Below, one piece after another: positions 55,734 to 64,000 of a stretch of 64,000 nt of DNA. The notes beneath the pieces are model-generated. The model saw only the letters and a list, made by a program, of their open reading frames with translations, did not search any database and was not told the DNA's origin. The position numbers and the translations under genes were made by a program. The DNA comes from an uncultured Actinomycetes bacterium (GTDB lineage Bacteria > Actinomycetota > CADDZG01 > WHSQ01). Location of the stretch: the NCBI GenBank assembly GCA_963779645.1, contig CAVZYX010000015.1:620672-684671 (forward strand), given 5' to 3'. The first letter of the stretch is position 1, and every line of letters starts with the position of its first letter.

Positions 55734-56381
55734 ATGCGAGTTTCGTACGCCCGCGTCGGCGCGGCGGTGTCCGGCACCGTCCTGCTGGCCCTACTGATGG
55801 CCGGGCCCGCCCTGGCCCACGAGCGACGATCGGACGGCGACGTGCAGTTCGTCGTCGGATGGGCGGTCGAGCCCACCTACACCGGCTTCCTGAACGGGGT
55901 CTCGGTGCGCCTCGCCGATGCCGCCGGCCCCATCGCCGACGTCGGCGACGGCCTGAAGGTCGAAGTGCTGTCCGGCGACCAGAAGGTCGGCCCCCTCGCC
56001 GTCGAGGGTGTGTTCGGCTCACCCGGCGAGTACGAGGCGCCCCTCGTGCCCACCCGCCCCGGCCCGTACACGTTCCACTTCGTCGGGACGGTGAAGGGCC
56101 AGACGATCGACCAGTCCTTCACCTCGTCGGACACCACGTTCGACAGTCCGAAGAGCGCGGCCGACATCGAGTTCCCGGCCAAGGATCCCAGCCGGGCCGA
56201 GCTGGCCACACTGGTCGACCGGCAGACGCCCCGGCTGACGTCGGCCGCGTCGACAGCCGACGACGCCAAGAGCGCAGCCGGGACGGCCACGATCCTCGCG
56301 GTCGTGGGCCTGGTGCTGGGCCTCGTCGGCGTGGTCCTCGGTGCCGTCGCCTGGAGGTCGAAGGCGAGGGCCGACGCGTGA
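55734..56381 (+). CDS. secreted protein with a C-terminal TM anchor, copper-locus associated (function unknown)
   Basis: ATG at 55734, preceded by gaggag. Signal peptide VSGTVLLALLMAGPALA-HE. C-terminal anchor ILAVVGLVLGLVGVVLGAVAW. It lies immediately upstream of copC/copD. Confidence 0.6.
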   Translation: MRVSYARVGAAVSGTVLLALLMAGPALAHERRSDGDVQFVVGWAVEPTYTGFLNGVSVRLADAAGPIADVGDGLKVEVLSGDQKVGPLAVEGVFGSPGEYEAPLVPTRPGPYTFHFVGTVKGQTIDQSFTSSDTTFDSPKSAADIEFPAKDPSRAELATLVDRQTPRLTSAASTADDAKSAAGTATILAVVGLVLGLVGVVLGAVAWRSKARADA

Positions 56382-56385
56382 CCCG

Positions 56386-58430
56386 ATGAGGCGGGGGGCG
56401 GCGACTGCCGTCCTCGCCCTGGCGCTGCTGTGGGGGATGGCCCCGGCCGCCGGTGCCCACGCCGTGCTGGTGTCGTCGGACCCCGTCGACCTGGCCGTGC
56501 TGGACCAGCCGCCGGCGGCCGTCACCCTCCGCTTCAGCGAGGTCCCCGAACCCCGGTTCTCGTCCGTGCAGGTCCTCGACCCGACCGGCACGTCGTTCGT
56601 CGCGGGCCGGCTGGAGGCGGTGGATGGCGACGACAGCGCCTTGCGCCAGGCCGTGCGGCCGCTGCCCAAGGGCGTGTACACGGTGAGCTGGCGGGCGGTG
56701 TCCCGAGTGGACGGCCACCTGACGGCGGGTTCGTTCGCCTTCGGGGTCGGGGAGCCGGTCGGCGCGGCGGCCACCAGGCCGGCGGTCGCCTCCCCCGGAC
56801 TGTCGCCGAAGGGGGCGGTGGCGCGAACGGTGCTCTATGCCGGGCTGGCGCTGCTGCTGGGTGGCTCGTGGGTAGGCCTCCTCGTCGCCGGTGGACCGAG
56901 GCCGGGCCTGAACCGGCTGCTCGTCGCCGGCTTGATTGCCGCCGCCGTCGGCGTGGTGGCCCTCACCGCCGTGCAGGTGGACACGACGGGGGCTTCCCTG
57001 GGGGCGTTCTTCGGCGCCGGGCCGGCCGCACCGTGCTGTGGCAGGCGTTGGGGCTGGCCGTCGCCGGGATGGGCATGGTGGCGGCCAGGACCGCCACGAC
57101 GGGCATGGTGGCGGCCAGGACCGCCACGACGGGCATGGTGGCGGCCAGGGCCAACACGACGGGCATCGTGGAGGCGGGGGCCAGGGCCGCCACGACGGGC
57201 ATGGCGGAGGCCAAGGCCGGTCGGTGGCGGTCGGGCACGGGGCTGGTGGGGGCCGGGGCGCTGGTGGTGGTCGTGGCCCACGTCGAGGGCGGCCACGCCG
57301 CCGCCGCCTCGTGGCCGTGGGCGATGGTGGGCCTCCAGGTCGTGCACACGGTGGCGGCGCTGGGGTGGCTCGGTGGCCTGGCCGCCCTGCTGGTCGCCGT
57401 CGCCCGCCGGCCGGGGGACGACGCAGCCGCCGGCCTGCGACGGTTCTCGCTCGTGGCCGGCGCGGCGATCGCCGTCGTCGCCGCCACCGGTGTCGTCGCG
57501 CGCCATCGACGAGGTCGGCGGCTGGGGTCCGCTCGTAGACAGCACCTACGGCCGTCTCGTGCTGGTGAAGTCGTCACTCCTGCTCGTCATCGCCATGCTC
57601 GGGGCGCGTCAACCGCTACCGCCATCTCCCGGTCGCCACCACGTCACTGCGTGGCCTCCACCGGGCGGGCGTCGCCGAGCTGACCGTGGCCGCCGCCGTC
57701 CTCGTCGTCACCGGCCTGCTGACCACCGCCCCTCCGCCGGCCGGCGCCGCCAGCCCGTCGCCCCCGCAGATCGTCGTCACCGCCACCGACTTCGGCACCA
57801 CGGTGCGAGCCCGGCTCACCGTCACGCCCGGCGGGCCCGGCCGCAACCTGTTCACAGTTCGGTTGGCCGACTACGACACCGGCGACCCCGTGGCGGCCGA
57901 CGGCGTCGTCGCCCGGTTCGCCCTGCCCACCCACCCGGCCCTCGGCGCCACGAGCCTGGATCTGTCACTCACGGCCTCCACCGGCACCTACGCCGCCGCC
58001 GGCAACAACCTGTCGCTGCCCGGTCGGTGGCGGGTCACGCTCGTCGTGGCCCGGGGCGCGGAGTCGGTGGAGCTTGCGCTCGACGTGGTCGTCCCCGCCT
58101 CGTTGCCCCCGCCATCGGTGGCCGAGGCTCCCGGCCAGCCGAGCGTCTACTCCGTCGACCTGGGACAGGGCCGGTCGGTGCAGGTCTACGCCGACCCGGG
58201 GACGCCAGGGGCCAACGAGCTGCACGCCACCTTCTTCGCCGCCGACGGCACCGAGGACGACGTGGCGTCGGCCACCCTCGCGCCCGCCGCCACCCCCCGC
58301 CGCCTGGGCCCGGGTCACTTCGTGGCAGACCTCGACATCGGCCCGGGACGGACCACGGTCGAGGTCACCGGCATCACCAGTCGGGGGCGACTACCTGTAC
58401 ACGCCCATCGAGATCGAGACTCGGGGATGA
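56386..58430 (+). CDS. copper resistance CopC-CopD fusion protein (YcnJ-like); ~4 frame breaks and a 30-bp in-frame repeat
   Basis: Signal peptide plus CopC motif GAHAVLVSSDP..VTLRFSE..YTVSWRAVSRVDGH (ORF 56341-58533). CopD TM region in ORF 56430-57683. C-terminal soluble domain in ORF 57686-58885. The last residues and stop are in ORF 58074-58430. Confidence 0.8.
57071..57215. repeat. 30-bp tandem repeat (~4.5 copies), in frame within the CopD region, encoding (MVAARTATTG)n
   Basis: gggcatggtggcggccaggaccgccacgac at 57071 and 57101, a variant at 57131, then degenerate copies. The protein reads GMVAARTATTGMVAARTATTGMVAARANTTGIVEAGARAATTGMAEA. Confidence 0.85.
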
Positions 58431-58441
58431 GAGGAGCCACA

Positions 58442-58885
58442 ATGCGTCGTCGAGGCAGAGCTACAGCAGCAGCGACCGCGTTCGCCGTCGTGGCGTTGGT
58501 GGCGACGGGCTGTGGCGGTGGAGGTGGTGGTAGCGGCGGGGGCGGCGCGACCCCCTCGACGTCCGCCGCGGCCCGCCCGAGGTCGACAGCCACGCTGGCC
58601 ATCGTCGAGCCGGCCAACCAGGCAGCCGTCGCCCCCGGTCCTCTCACCGTCAAGCTCGACCTGCAGGGGGGCAGGATCGTCACCGAGGCGACCCGCAACC
58701 TGGCGCCTGACGAGGGCCACATCCACCTCACCGTCGACGACAAGCTGGTGTCGATGGCCTATGGCCTCGAACAGCAGATCGAGGCCACCCCGGGCACGCA
58801 CTACCTGGTGGCCGAGTACGTGGCCGGCGACCACGCTCCGTTCCAGCCCCGGGTCACCGCCACCAGGGCGTTCGTCGTGCAATGA
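58442..58885 (+). CDS. lipoprotein, DUF4399-like
   Basis: MRRRGRATAAATAFAVVALVATGCGGGG carries a lipobox. EGHIHLTVDDK resembles the DUF4399 His-rich motif. It is read from the tail of ORF 57686-58885. Confidence 0.55.
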   Translation: MRRRGRATAAATAFAVVALVATGCGGGGGGSGGGGATPSTSAAARPRSTATLAIVEPANQAAVAPGPLTVKLDLQGGRIVTEATRNLAPDEGHIHLTVDDKLVSMAYGLEQQIEATPGTHYLVAEYVAGDHAPFQPRVTATRAFVVQ

Positions 58886-59003
58886 CCGCCGTGGCCGTCG
58901 AGACCGACGACGTCGTCCGCCGGTTCGTCGAGGACCTACAACGCAGACGACGAGATGGCATGGCGTCCCTCGCCGGCAACCAGCAACCAGCAGCCGGCGG
59001 CCC

Positions 59004-61724
59004 TCAGCGGGTGCGGGGGTCGCCGACTTCGGTGTCGACGCTGTACCTCGCCGACGCGTCGGCCACCTCCTCGGGCTTGGCCTCGTCCACCTGGGACAGG
59101 GACTGCAGGACCGTCGTGACGATCGAGGCGGCGTCGGTCTCGAAGTGGCGACGCAGGTTGGCCGAGGTGTCCGAGCGCCCGTAGCCGTCGGTGCCGAGGG
59201 GCGTGAACGGCCCCGGCACCCACCTGGCCACCTGGTCGGGCACCGCCTTCATGAAGTCGGTGACGGCCACGAACGGCCCCTCCGACGCCGACAGCGCCTC
59301 GGTGACATACGGGACACGCGGCGTCTCGGTGGGGTGCAGCCGGTTCCACCGCTCGGCCGAGAGGGCGTCCTCCCGGAGGGCCTTGTACGAGGTGGCGCTC
59401 CACAGGTCGGCGGCCACGTCGTGGTTCTCGGCCAGCAGCCGCTGCGCCTCCCGGGCCGCGCCCTGGGCGGTGCCGCTGAAGATCACCGTCGCCCGCCGGC
59501 TCGGCCCCTCAGGTGCCGCCGCGAAGCGGTACAGCCCCCTCCGGATCCCTTCTTCGGCCCCCTCGGGCATGGTCGGCATGGCGTAGTTCTCGTTGTAGAG
59601 GGTGAGGTAGTAGAAGACGTCCTCCGGCTCCTCGCCGTACATCCGCCGCAGGCCGTCCTCGACGATGACGGCCAGCTCGTAGGCGAACGCCGGGTCGTAG
59701 GCGGCCAGGTTGGGCACCGTCGACGCCAGCACCAGGCTGTGGCCGTCGGCGTGCTGGAGAGCCCTCGCCGTGCAGCGTCGTGCGCCCCGCCGTGGCCCCG
59801 CAGAGGAAGCCGCGGCCCCGGCTGTCGCCGAACGCCCAGATCAGGTCGCCGACCCGCTGGAAGCCGAACATCGAATAGAAGATGAAGAACGGCACCATGG
59901 GCACACCGTGGACGGCGTGGGCGGTACCGGCGGCGGTGAAGCTGGCCATCGACCCCGCCTCGGTGATCCCCTCCTCGAGGATCTGGCCGTCTTTGGACTC
60001 CTTGTACGACAGGAGCAGGTGGGCGTCGACAGGCTCGTACAGCTGGCCGGTGGACGCGTAGATGCCGACCTCGGGGAACATGCTGTCCATGCCGAAGGTG
60101 CGGGCCTCGTCGGGGATGATCGGCACGACGTGGGCGCCCATGTCCTTGTCGCGCAGCAGTTCGCGCAGCAGGCCGGCGAAGGCCATCGTGGTCGAGACCT
60201 CCCGCTTGCCCGAACCGGTCTTCGTGCTCTCGAACACCTTGGCCGCCGGCTGGGGCAGCTGCCGCCGCCCGACCAGCCGCTTCGGAAGCGAGCCGGCCAG
60301 GGCCCTGCGGCGCTGCATCATGTACTCGAACTCGGGCGATCCCTCGGCCGGGCGGTAGTACGGCGGCTGGTCGATGTCGAGGGCGCCGTCGGGGAGCACG
60401 TCGGCGAGATGCAGCCGGTCACGGAACTCGTGCAGCAGCTTCTTCGACATCTTCTTGATCTGGTGGGTGGCGTTGCGGGCCTCGACCTCGGGGCCCAGCG
60501 TCCAGCCCTTCACCGTCTTGGCCAGGATGGCGGTGGGGGCGCCGACGTGCTCGGTGGCGGCCCGGTAGGCGGCGTAGAGCTTGCGGTAGTCGTGGCCGCC
60601 TCGAGGCAGGGTGCGCAGCTCGTCGTCGGAGAGGTGCTCGACCATCTGGCGCAGGCGGGGGTCGGGGCCGAAGAAGTGCTGGCGGATGTAGGCGCCGCTC
60701 TCGACCGCGTACTTCTGGAACTGGCCGTCGAGGGTGGTGTTCATCTTGTTGAGCAGCACGCCGTCGACGTCGCGGGCCAGCAGCTCGTCCCACTTCGAGC
60801 CCCAGATCACCTTGATCACGTTCCAGCCCGCACCCCGGAAGACAGCCTCCAGCTCCTGGATGATCTTCCCGTTCCCCTCACCGGGCCGTCCAGCCGCTGC
60901 AGGTTGCAGTTCACGACGAAGGTCAGGTTGTCGAGGTGCTCACGCGCTGCGATCGACAGGGCGCCGAGGGTCTCGGGCTCGTCGCACTCGCCGTCGCCGA
61001 GGAAGGCCCACACCCGTGACCGGCTGGTGTCGGCGATGCGGCGGTGCATCAGGTACCGGTTGAACCGGGCCTGGTAGATGGCGTTGATCGGCCCGAGGCC
61101 CATCGAGACGGTGGGGAACTCCCAGAAGTCCGGCATGAGCCGGGGGTGGGGATACGACGAGAGCCCGCTGTGCCTGTGGCCTCCCGGGCCGGCCGGGCCC
61201 GGCCCGATCTCCTGGCGGAAGTTGTCGAGCTGCTCCTCGGACAGGCGCCGCTCGAGGAAGGCCCGGGCGTAGATGCCGGGGGCGGCGTGGCCCTGGAAGT
61301 AGACTTGGTCCCCCGGCTGGCCGTCGTCCTTCCCCCTGAAGAAGTGGTTGAAGCCGACCTCGTTGAGGGCCGCCGAGCTGGCGTAGGTGGCCAGGTGGCC
61401 GCCGATCCCCGGCGCCTTGGCGTTGGCCCGGGTCACCATCACCGCCGCGTTCCAGCGGATGTCGGCGCGGATGCGGCGCTCCATGTCCTCGTTGCCCGGG
61501 AACCACGGCTCCCGTTCGGGCGGGATGGAGTTGATGTAGTCCGACGACACCATCGAGGGGAAGCCGACCTGCAGCTCCCTGGCCCGCTCGAGCATCTTCA
61601 GCACCAGGAAGCGGGCGCGGGGCTTGCCCCTCGTGCCGGCTACTGCGTCGAGCGAGTCGATCCACTCGGCGGTCTCCTCGGGGTCGATGTCGGGGAGCTG
61701 CTGGGACAAGCCGTCGAAGATCAC
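59004..61724 (-). CDS. aceE: pyruvate dehydrogenase E1 component, homodimeric type (AceE); 2 frame breaks
   Basis: ORF 60816-61724 ([50 protein letters not shown]). ORF 59509-60819 ([19 protein letters not shown]). ORF 59004-59732 (C-terminus). Breaks fall near ~60830 and ~59745. Confidence 0.9.
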
Positions 61725-61763
61725 AGGTCCATTTTCCCATTCCTCGGGGCGTGCTGGGTTACG

Positions 61764-62783
61764 TCACTGTTTCGTGTGGTTGCGCATCGCCTTGTGGACG
61801 ACCTTGGACTTCTGCTTGTGCTCGGCCTGGGCCCGTAGGTCGTCGGCGCGAGCCGCGTGTTCGACCTCTCGCTGCAGCTTCGAGTAGCTGGCCAGTCGCT
61901 CGTAGCCGATGTCGGCCGCGGCCGCGGTGACCGCGCAGCCGGGCTCGCCGTCGTGGCGGCAGTCGCGGAAGCGGCAGCCGGCGGCCAGCTCCTCGATCTC
62001 GGGAAAGGCCTGGGCCAGGCCCACGGCGGTGTCGCCGCCCAGGCCGAGGCTGCGGATGCCCGGGGTGTCGACGAGGACGCCACCGGTGGGGACGACGAGC
62101 AGGTGGCGGGCGGTCGTGGTGTGGCGGCCGCGGCCGTCGTCGGCCCGTACCTCCCGGGTGACCTGGACCTCGCGCCCCAGCAGGCGGTTGACGAGCGTCG
62201 ACTTGCCCACGCCCGAGGCGCCCAGCAGGACTGCGGTGCGGTTCGGTCTCAGGTGGTCGGCGACGACGTCCATGCCCTCGCCGCTGCGGGCGCTGGTCGT
62301 GAGCACGTCCACGCCCAATGCCCGGGCCTCGACCGTGGCGATCGCCGACCTGTTCTCGTCGATGGCCTGGTCGGCCTTGGTGAGCACGACCAGCGGGCGG
62401 GCGCCGCTGTCCCACGCCAGGACCAGCTCCCGCTCGAGGCGGTTGAGGTTGAGAGGGCGGTCGAGGGCGGTCAGGACCATGACGACGTCGACGTTGGCGG
62501 CCATGACCTGGTCGAGGCGGGTGAGGGCCGACCACCGGTCGAGCACGGCGACGAGGTCGGCCTCGAGCGGCGACAGCACGACCCAGTCCCCCACCGCGGG
62601 CAGGTCGACGGCGCGGGCGGTGCGGGTCTCACCGTCGTCGGCGACGACGACGCAACGGTCACGGTCGACCCGCACCACGCGGGCCGGCGACTGGTCGGCT
62701 TCGGCGACGGAGTGGAAGAGGGTGGCGACCCGGTCGTCCCAGCCGAACGGGACGAGCGCGTCAAACGTTTGAAGAGCAGGCAA
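61764..62783 (-). CDS. rsgA: ribosome small-subunit-dependent GTPase A (RsgA)
   Basis: Intact 339-aa ORF. Motifs: circularly permuted GTPase LTKADQ...GASGVGKSTLVNRL, DTPG, and the zinc motif CRFRDCRHDGEPGCAV. Confidence 0.9.
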   Translation of the reverse strand: MPALQTFDALVPFGWDDRVATLFHSVAEADQSPARVVRVDRDRCVVVADDGETRTARAVDLPAVGDWVVLSPLEADLVAVLDRWSALTRLDQVMAANVDVVMVLTALDRPLNLNRLERELVLAWDSGARPLVVLTKADQAIDENRSAIATVEARALGVDVLTTSARSGEGMDVVADHLRPNRTAVLLGASGVGKSTLVNRLLGREVQVTREVRADDGRGRHTTTARHLLVVPTGGVLVDTPGIRSLGLGGDTAVGLAQAFPEIEELAAGCRFRDCRHDGEPGCAVTAAAADIGYERLASYSKLQREVEHAARADDLRAQAEHKQKSKVVHKAMRNHTKQ

Positions 62784-62921
62784 CGAAGGAGCTCCTTCGG
62801 GAAGGTTTGTGCCCGGCGGACGCGAACGGATGACGAGGGCGGCGTGAGCCGCTGACTACACAGTCTCCGGTGTCATGGCGGTCCGGTGCTCGATCCTCCG
62901 GGGCCACCTGCCCCGCGTTCG

Positions 62922-63239
62922 TCAGTCTATCCCGGCGTGCCACGTCACGTCGGCCTCGACCAGCAGGTCCAGCACCTGGCCGATGGTCCTGTCCCTGCCT
63001 ACGGGCTCACCCAGCGGCAGGTGTCCCTGTATCTGGTAGCGGTTCCGGCGACCTTCCTTCTCCTTGACGATGTAGCCCGACTCGGCCAGGTCGGTCACGA
63101 TCGCGTAGGCGCTGCGCTCGGTGACGTCGAGCGCGGCGGCGATGTCGCGCAGGCGGACCCCGGGATCGTGGGCGATGCACACGAGCGCTCGGGCGTGGTT
63201 GGTGAGGAAGCTCCAGTTCGCGTTCGCCATTGTCAACAC
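62922..63239 (-). CDS. winged-helix transcriptional regulator (ArsR/MarR-like)
   Basis: 105-aa ORF. LRDIAAALDVTERSAYAIVTDLAESGYIVKEKEGRRNRY is an HTH followed by a wing. Confidence 0.65.
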   Translation of the reverse strand: MLTMANANWSFLTNHARALVCIAHDPGVRLRDIAAALDVTERSAYAIVTDLAESGYIVKEKEGRRNRYQIQGHLPLGEPVGRDRTIGQVLDLLVEADVTWHAGID

Positions 63240-63353
63240 TCTAACAATTCCAGGAAATTCATTACCAGTATTTGCTATCTAACCTTCTAGAGTGAGGCCC
63301 GAGGGGGCACAGGCAGATACCGAAGAGCTCGGCGCCCCCACCGGAGGAGAGCA

Positions 63354-63995
63354 ATGAACAAGAATTCGTACCGCCGAATACGCCAGGGCGCTGTCGCCAC
63401 CCTCACCGGGGTCATGGCGCTGCCTGTCATGTGGGCGCTCGCTCCGATGACCGCGCACGCCGCGGCCTGCACCCAGACCATCACCGGAGCCCACAGCGGG
63501 ATCCTCAACGTGGCCGGCGGCCAGAAGCTGTGCCTTAGGAACGCCGTGCAGACCGGCGTAGTCGACGTGGCTTCGAAGGGCTCCCTGTCCGTGGTCGCCT
63601 CGACCATCGTCGGAGACGTCACCCTGAAGGCGGGCTACACCGAGCTCGAGTTCTGCGGCAGCACGACCGCTCGGGGCGCCATCTCCGCTACCGGCGGAAC
63701 CGGATCGGTCGTGATCGGCGGATCGGGACTCCTGGGCGCGGGCCTCTGTCCGTCCAACTCGATCAACGGCGCCGTGACGCTCAACGGCAACAAGGCGGGC
63801 GTGACGTTGGCCGGCAACGTCGTCGCCGGAGGGGTGACCGCCAGCTCCAACCTGGGGGGCACGACGATCTCGGCCAACCGCGTCACGGGCGCCTTGACGT
63901 GCACCTCGAACGTACCTGCACCTACCAACGCCGGCGCCAAGAACACCGTCGGCGGGGCCAGGTCGGGCCAGACCTGCGCCGTCGCCACGTTCTGA
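63354..63995 (+). CDS. secreted Gly/Thr/Val-rich, Cys-containing repeat protein (beta-helix-like; function unknown)
   Basis: 213-aa ORF. Signal peptide LTGVMALPVMWALAPMTAHA. Mature part has ~20-aa quasi-repeats (G.V.L.G/N) and 6 cysteines. It is divergent from the HTH regulator across an AT-richer 114-bp spacer. Confidence 0.6.
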   Translation: MNKNSYRRIRQGAVATLTGVMALPVMWALAPMTAHAAACTQTITGAHSGILNVAGGQKLCLRNAVQTGVVDVASKGSLSVVASTIVGDVTLKAGYTELEFCGSTTARGAISATGGTGSVVIGGSGLLGAGLCPSNSINGAVTLNGNKAGVTLAGNVVAGGVTASSNLGGTTISANRVTGALTCTSNVPAPTNAGAKNTVGGARSGQTCAVATF

Positions 63996-64000
63996 GCTGA

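Noticed and set aside
55065-56381. Single 438-aa ORF spanning the 4-TM protein and the secreted protein.
   Set aside because: An internal gaggag RBS plus ATG (55734) is followed by a canonical signal peptide, and the connecting segment is Arg/Pro-rich junk. This indicates two genes joined by a lost stop or a frame break.
58882-59184. 100-aa plus-strand ORF downstream of the copper locus.
   Set aside because: It overlaps the conserved 3' end of aceE on the opposite strand, and it has no RBS, signal or family features.

Overview
All calls come from manual reading of the sequence and ORF track. GC values are spot counts on single 60-nt lines, not a computed profile.

The window has two compositionally different blocks.

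Block 1 (nt 1 to ~9295, roughly 50-60% GC):
- A GlgE-pathway pair (glgE, then a treS-maltokinase fusion).
- A secreted protein with a CXXCH haem motif.
- An amidase.
- A DUF1338/HglS-like enzyme bracketed by two inverted copies of a ~150-bp palindromic MITE/REP-like repeat.

Junction (nt ~9285-9305): GC jumps to roughly 70-77% inside a single ORF. That ORF fuses a phosphomannomutase N-terminus to unrelated sequence, so the contig is probably chimeric or recombinant here.

Block 2 (nt ~9296-64000) looks actinobacterial, with DUF3499, DUF3105 and a SUF operon carrying a Rieske gene. It contains:
- An envelope-glycosylation locus.
- ftsH.
- A split SUF system: sufD-Rieske-sufC, and separately sufC-sufS-sufU.
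- Two L,D-transpeptidase paralogues.
- Two DUF3105 paralogues, one with a run of 46 prolines.
- A debranching enzyme and an S9 peptidase.
- A hyuA-hyuB-DUF1445-LysR cluster.
- thiS-thiE.
- A copper CopC/CopD locus.
- aceE and rsgA.

Best candidate for an undescribed system: a lower-GC three-gene island at nt 40681-44616. It encodes a secreted LamG protein, a DUF4231/SLATT two-TM protein, and an orphan ~625-aa coiled-coil protein with its own C-terminal TM hairpin. No recognisable nucleotide-signalling partner is present.

Two other window-wide features stand out:
- Dozens of reading-frame breaks, unevenly distributed and hitting essential genes.
- Many in-frame minisatellites.

I recognised no rRNA, tRNA, CRISPR array, transposase or integrase.
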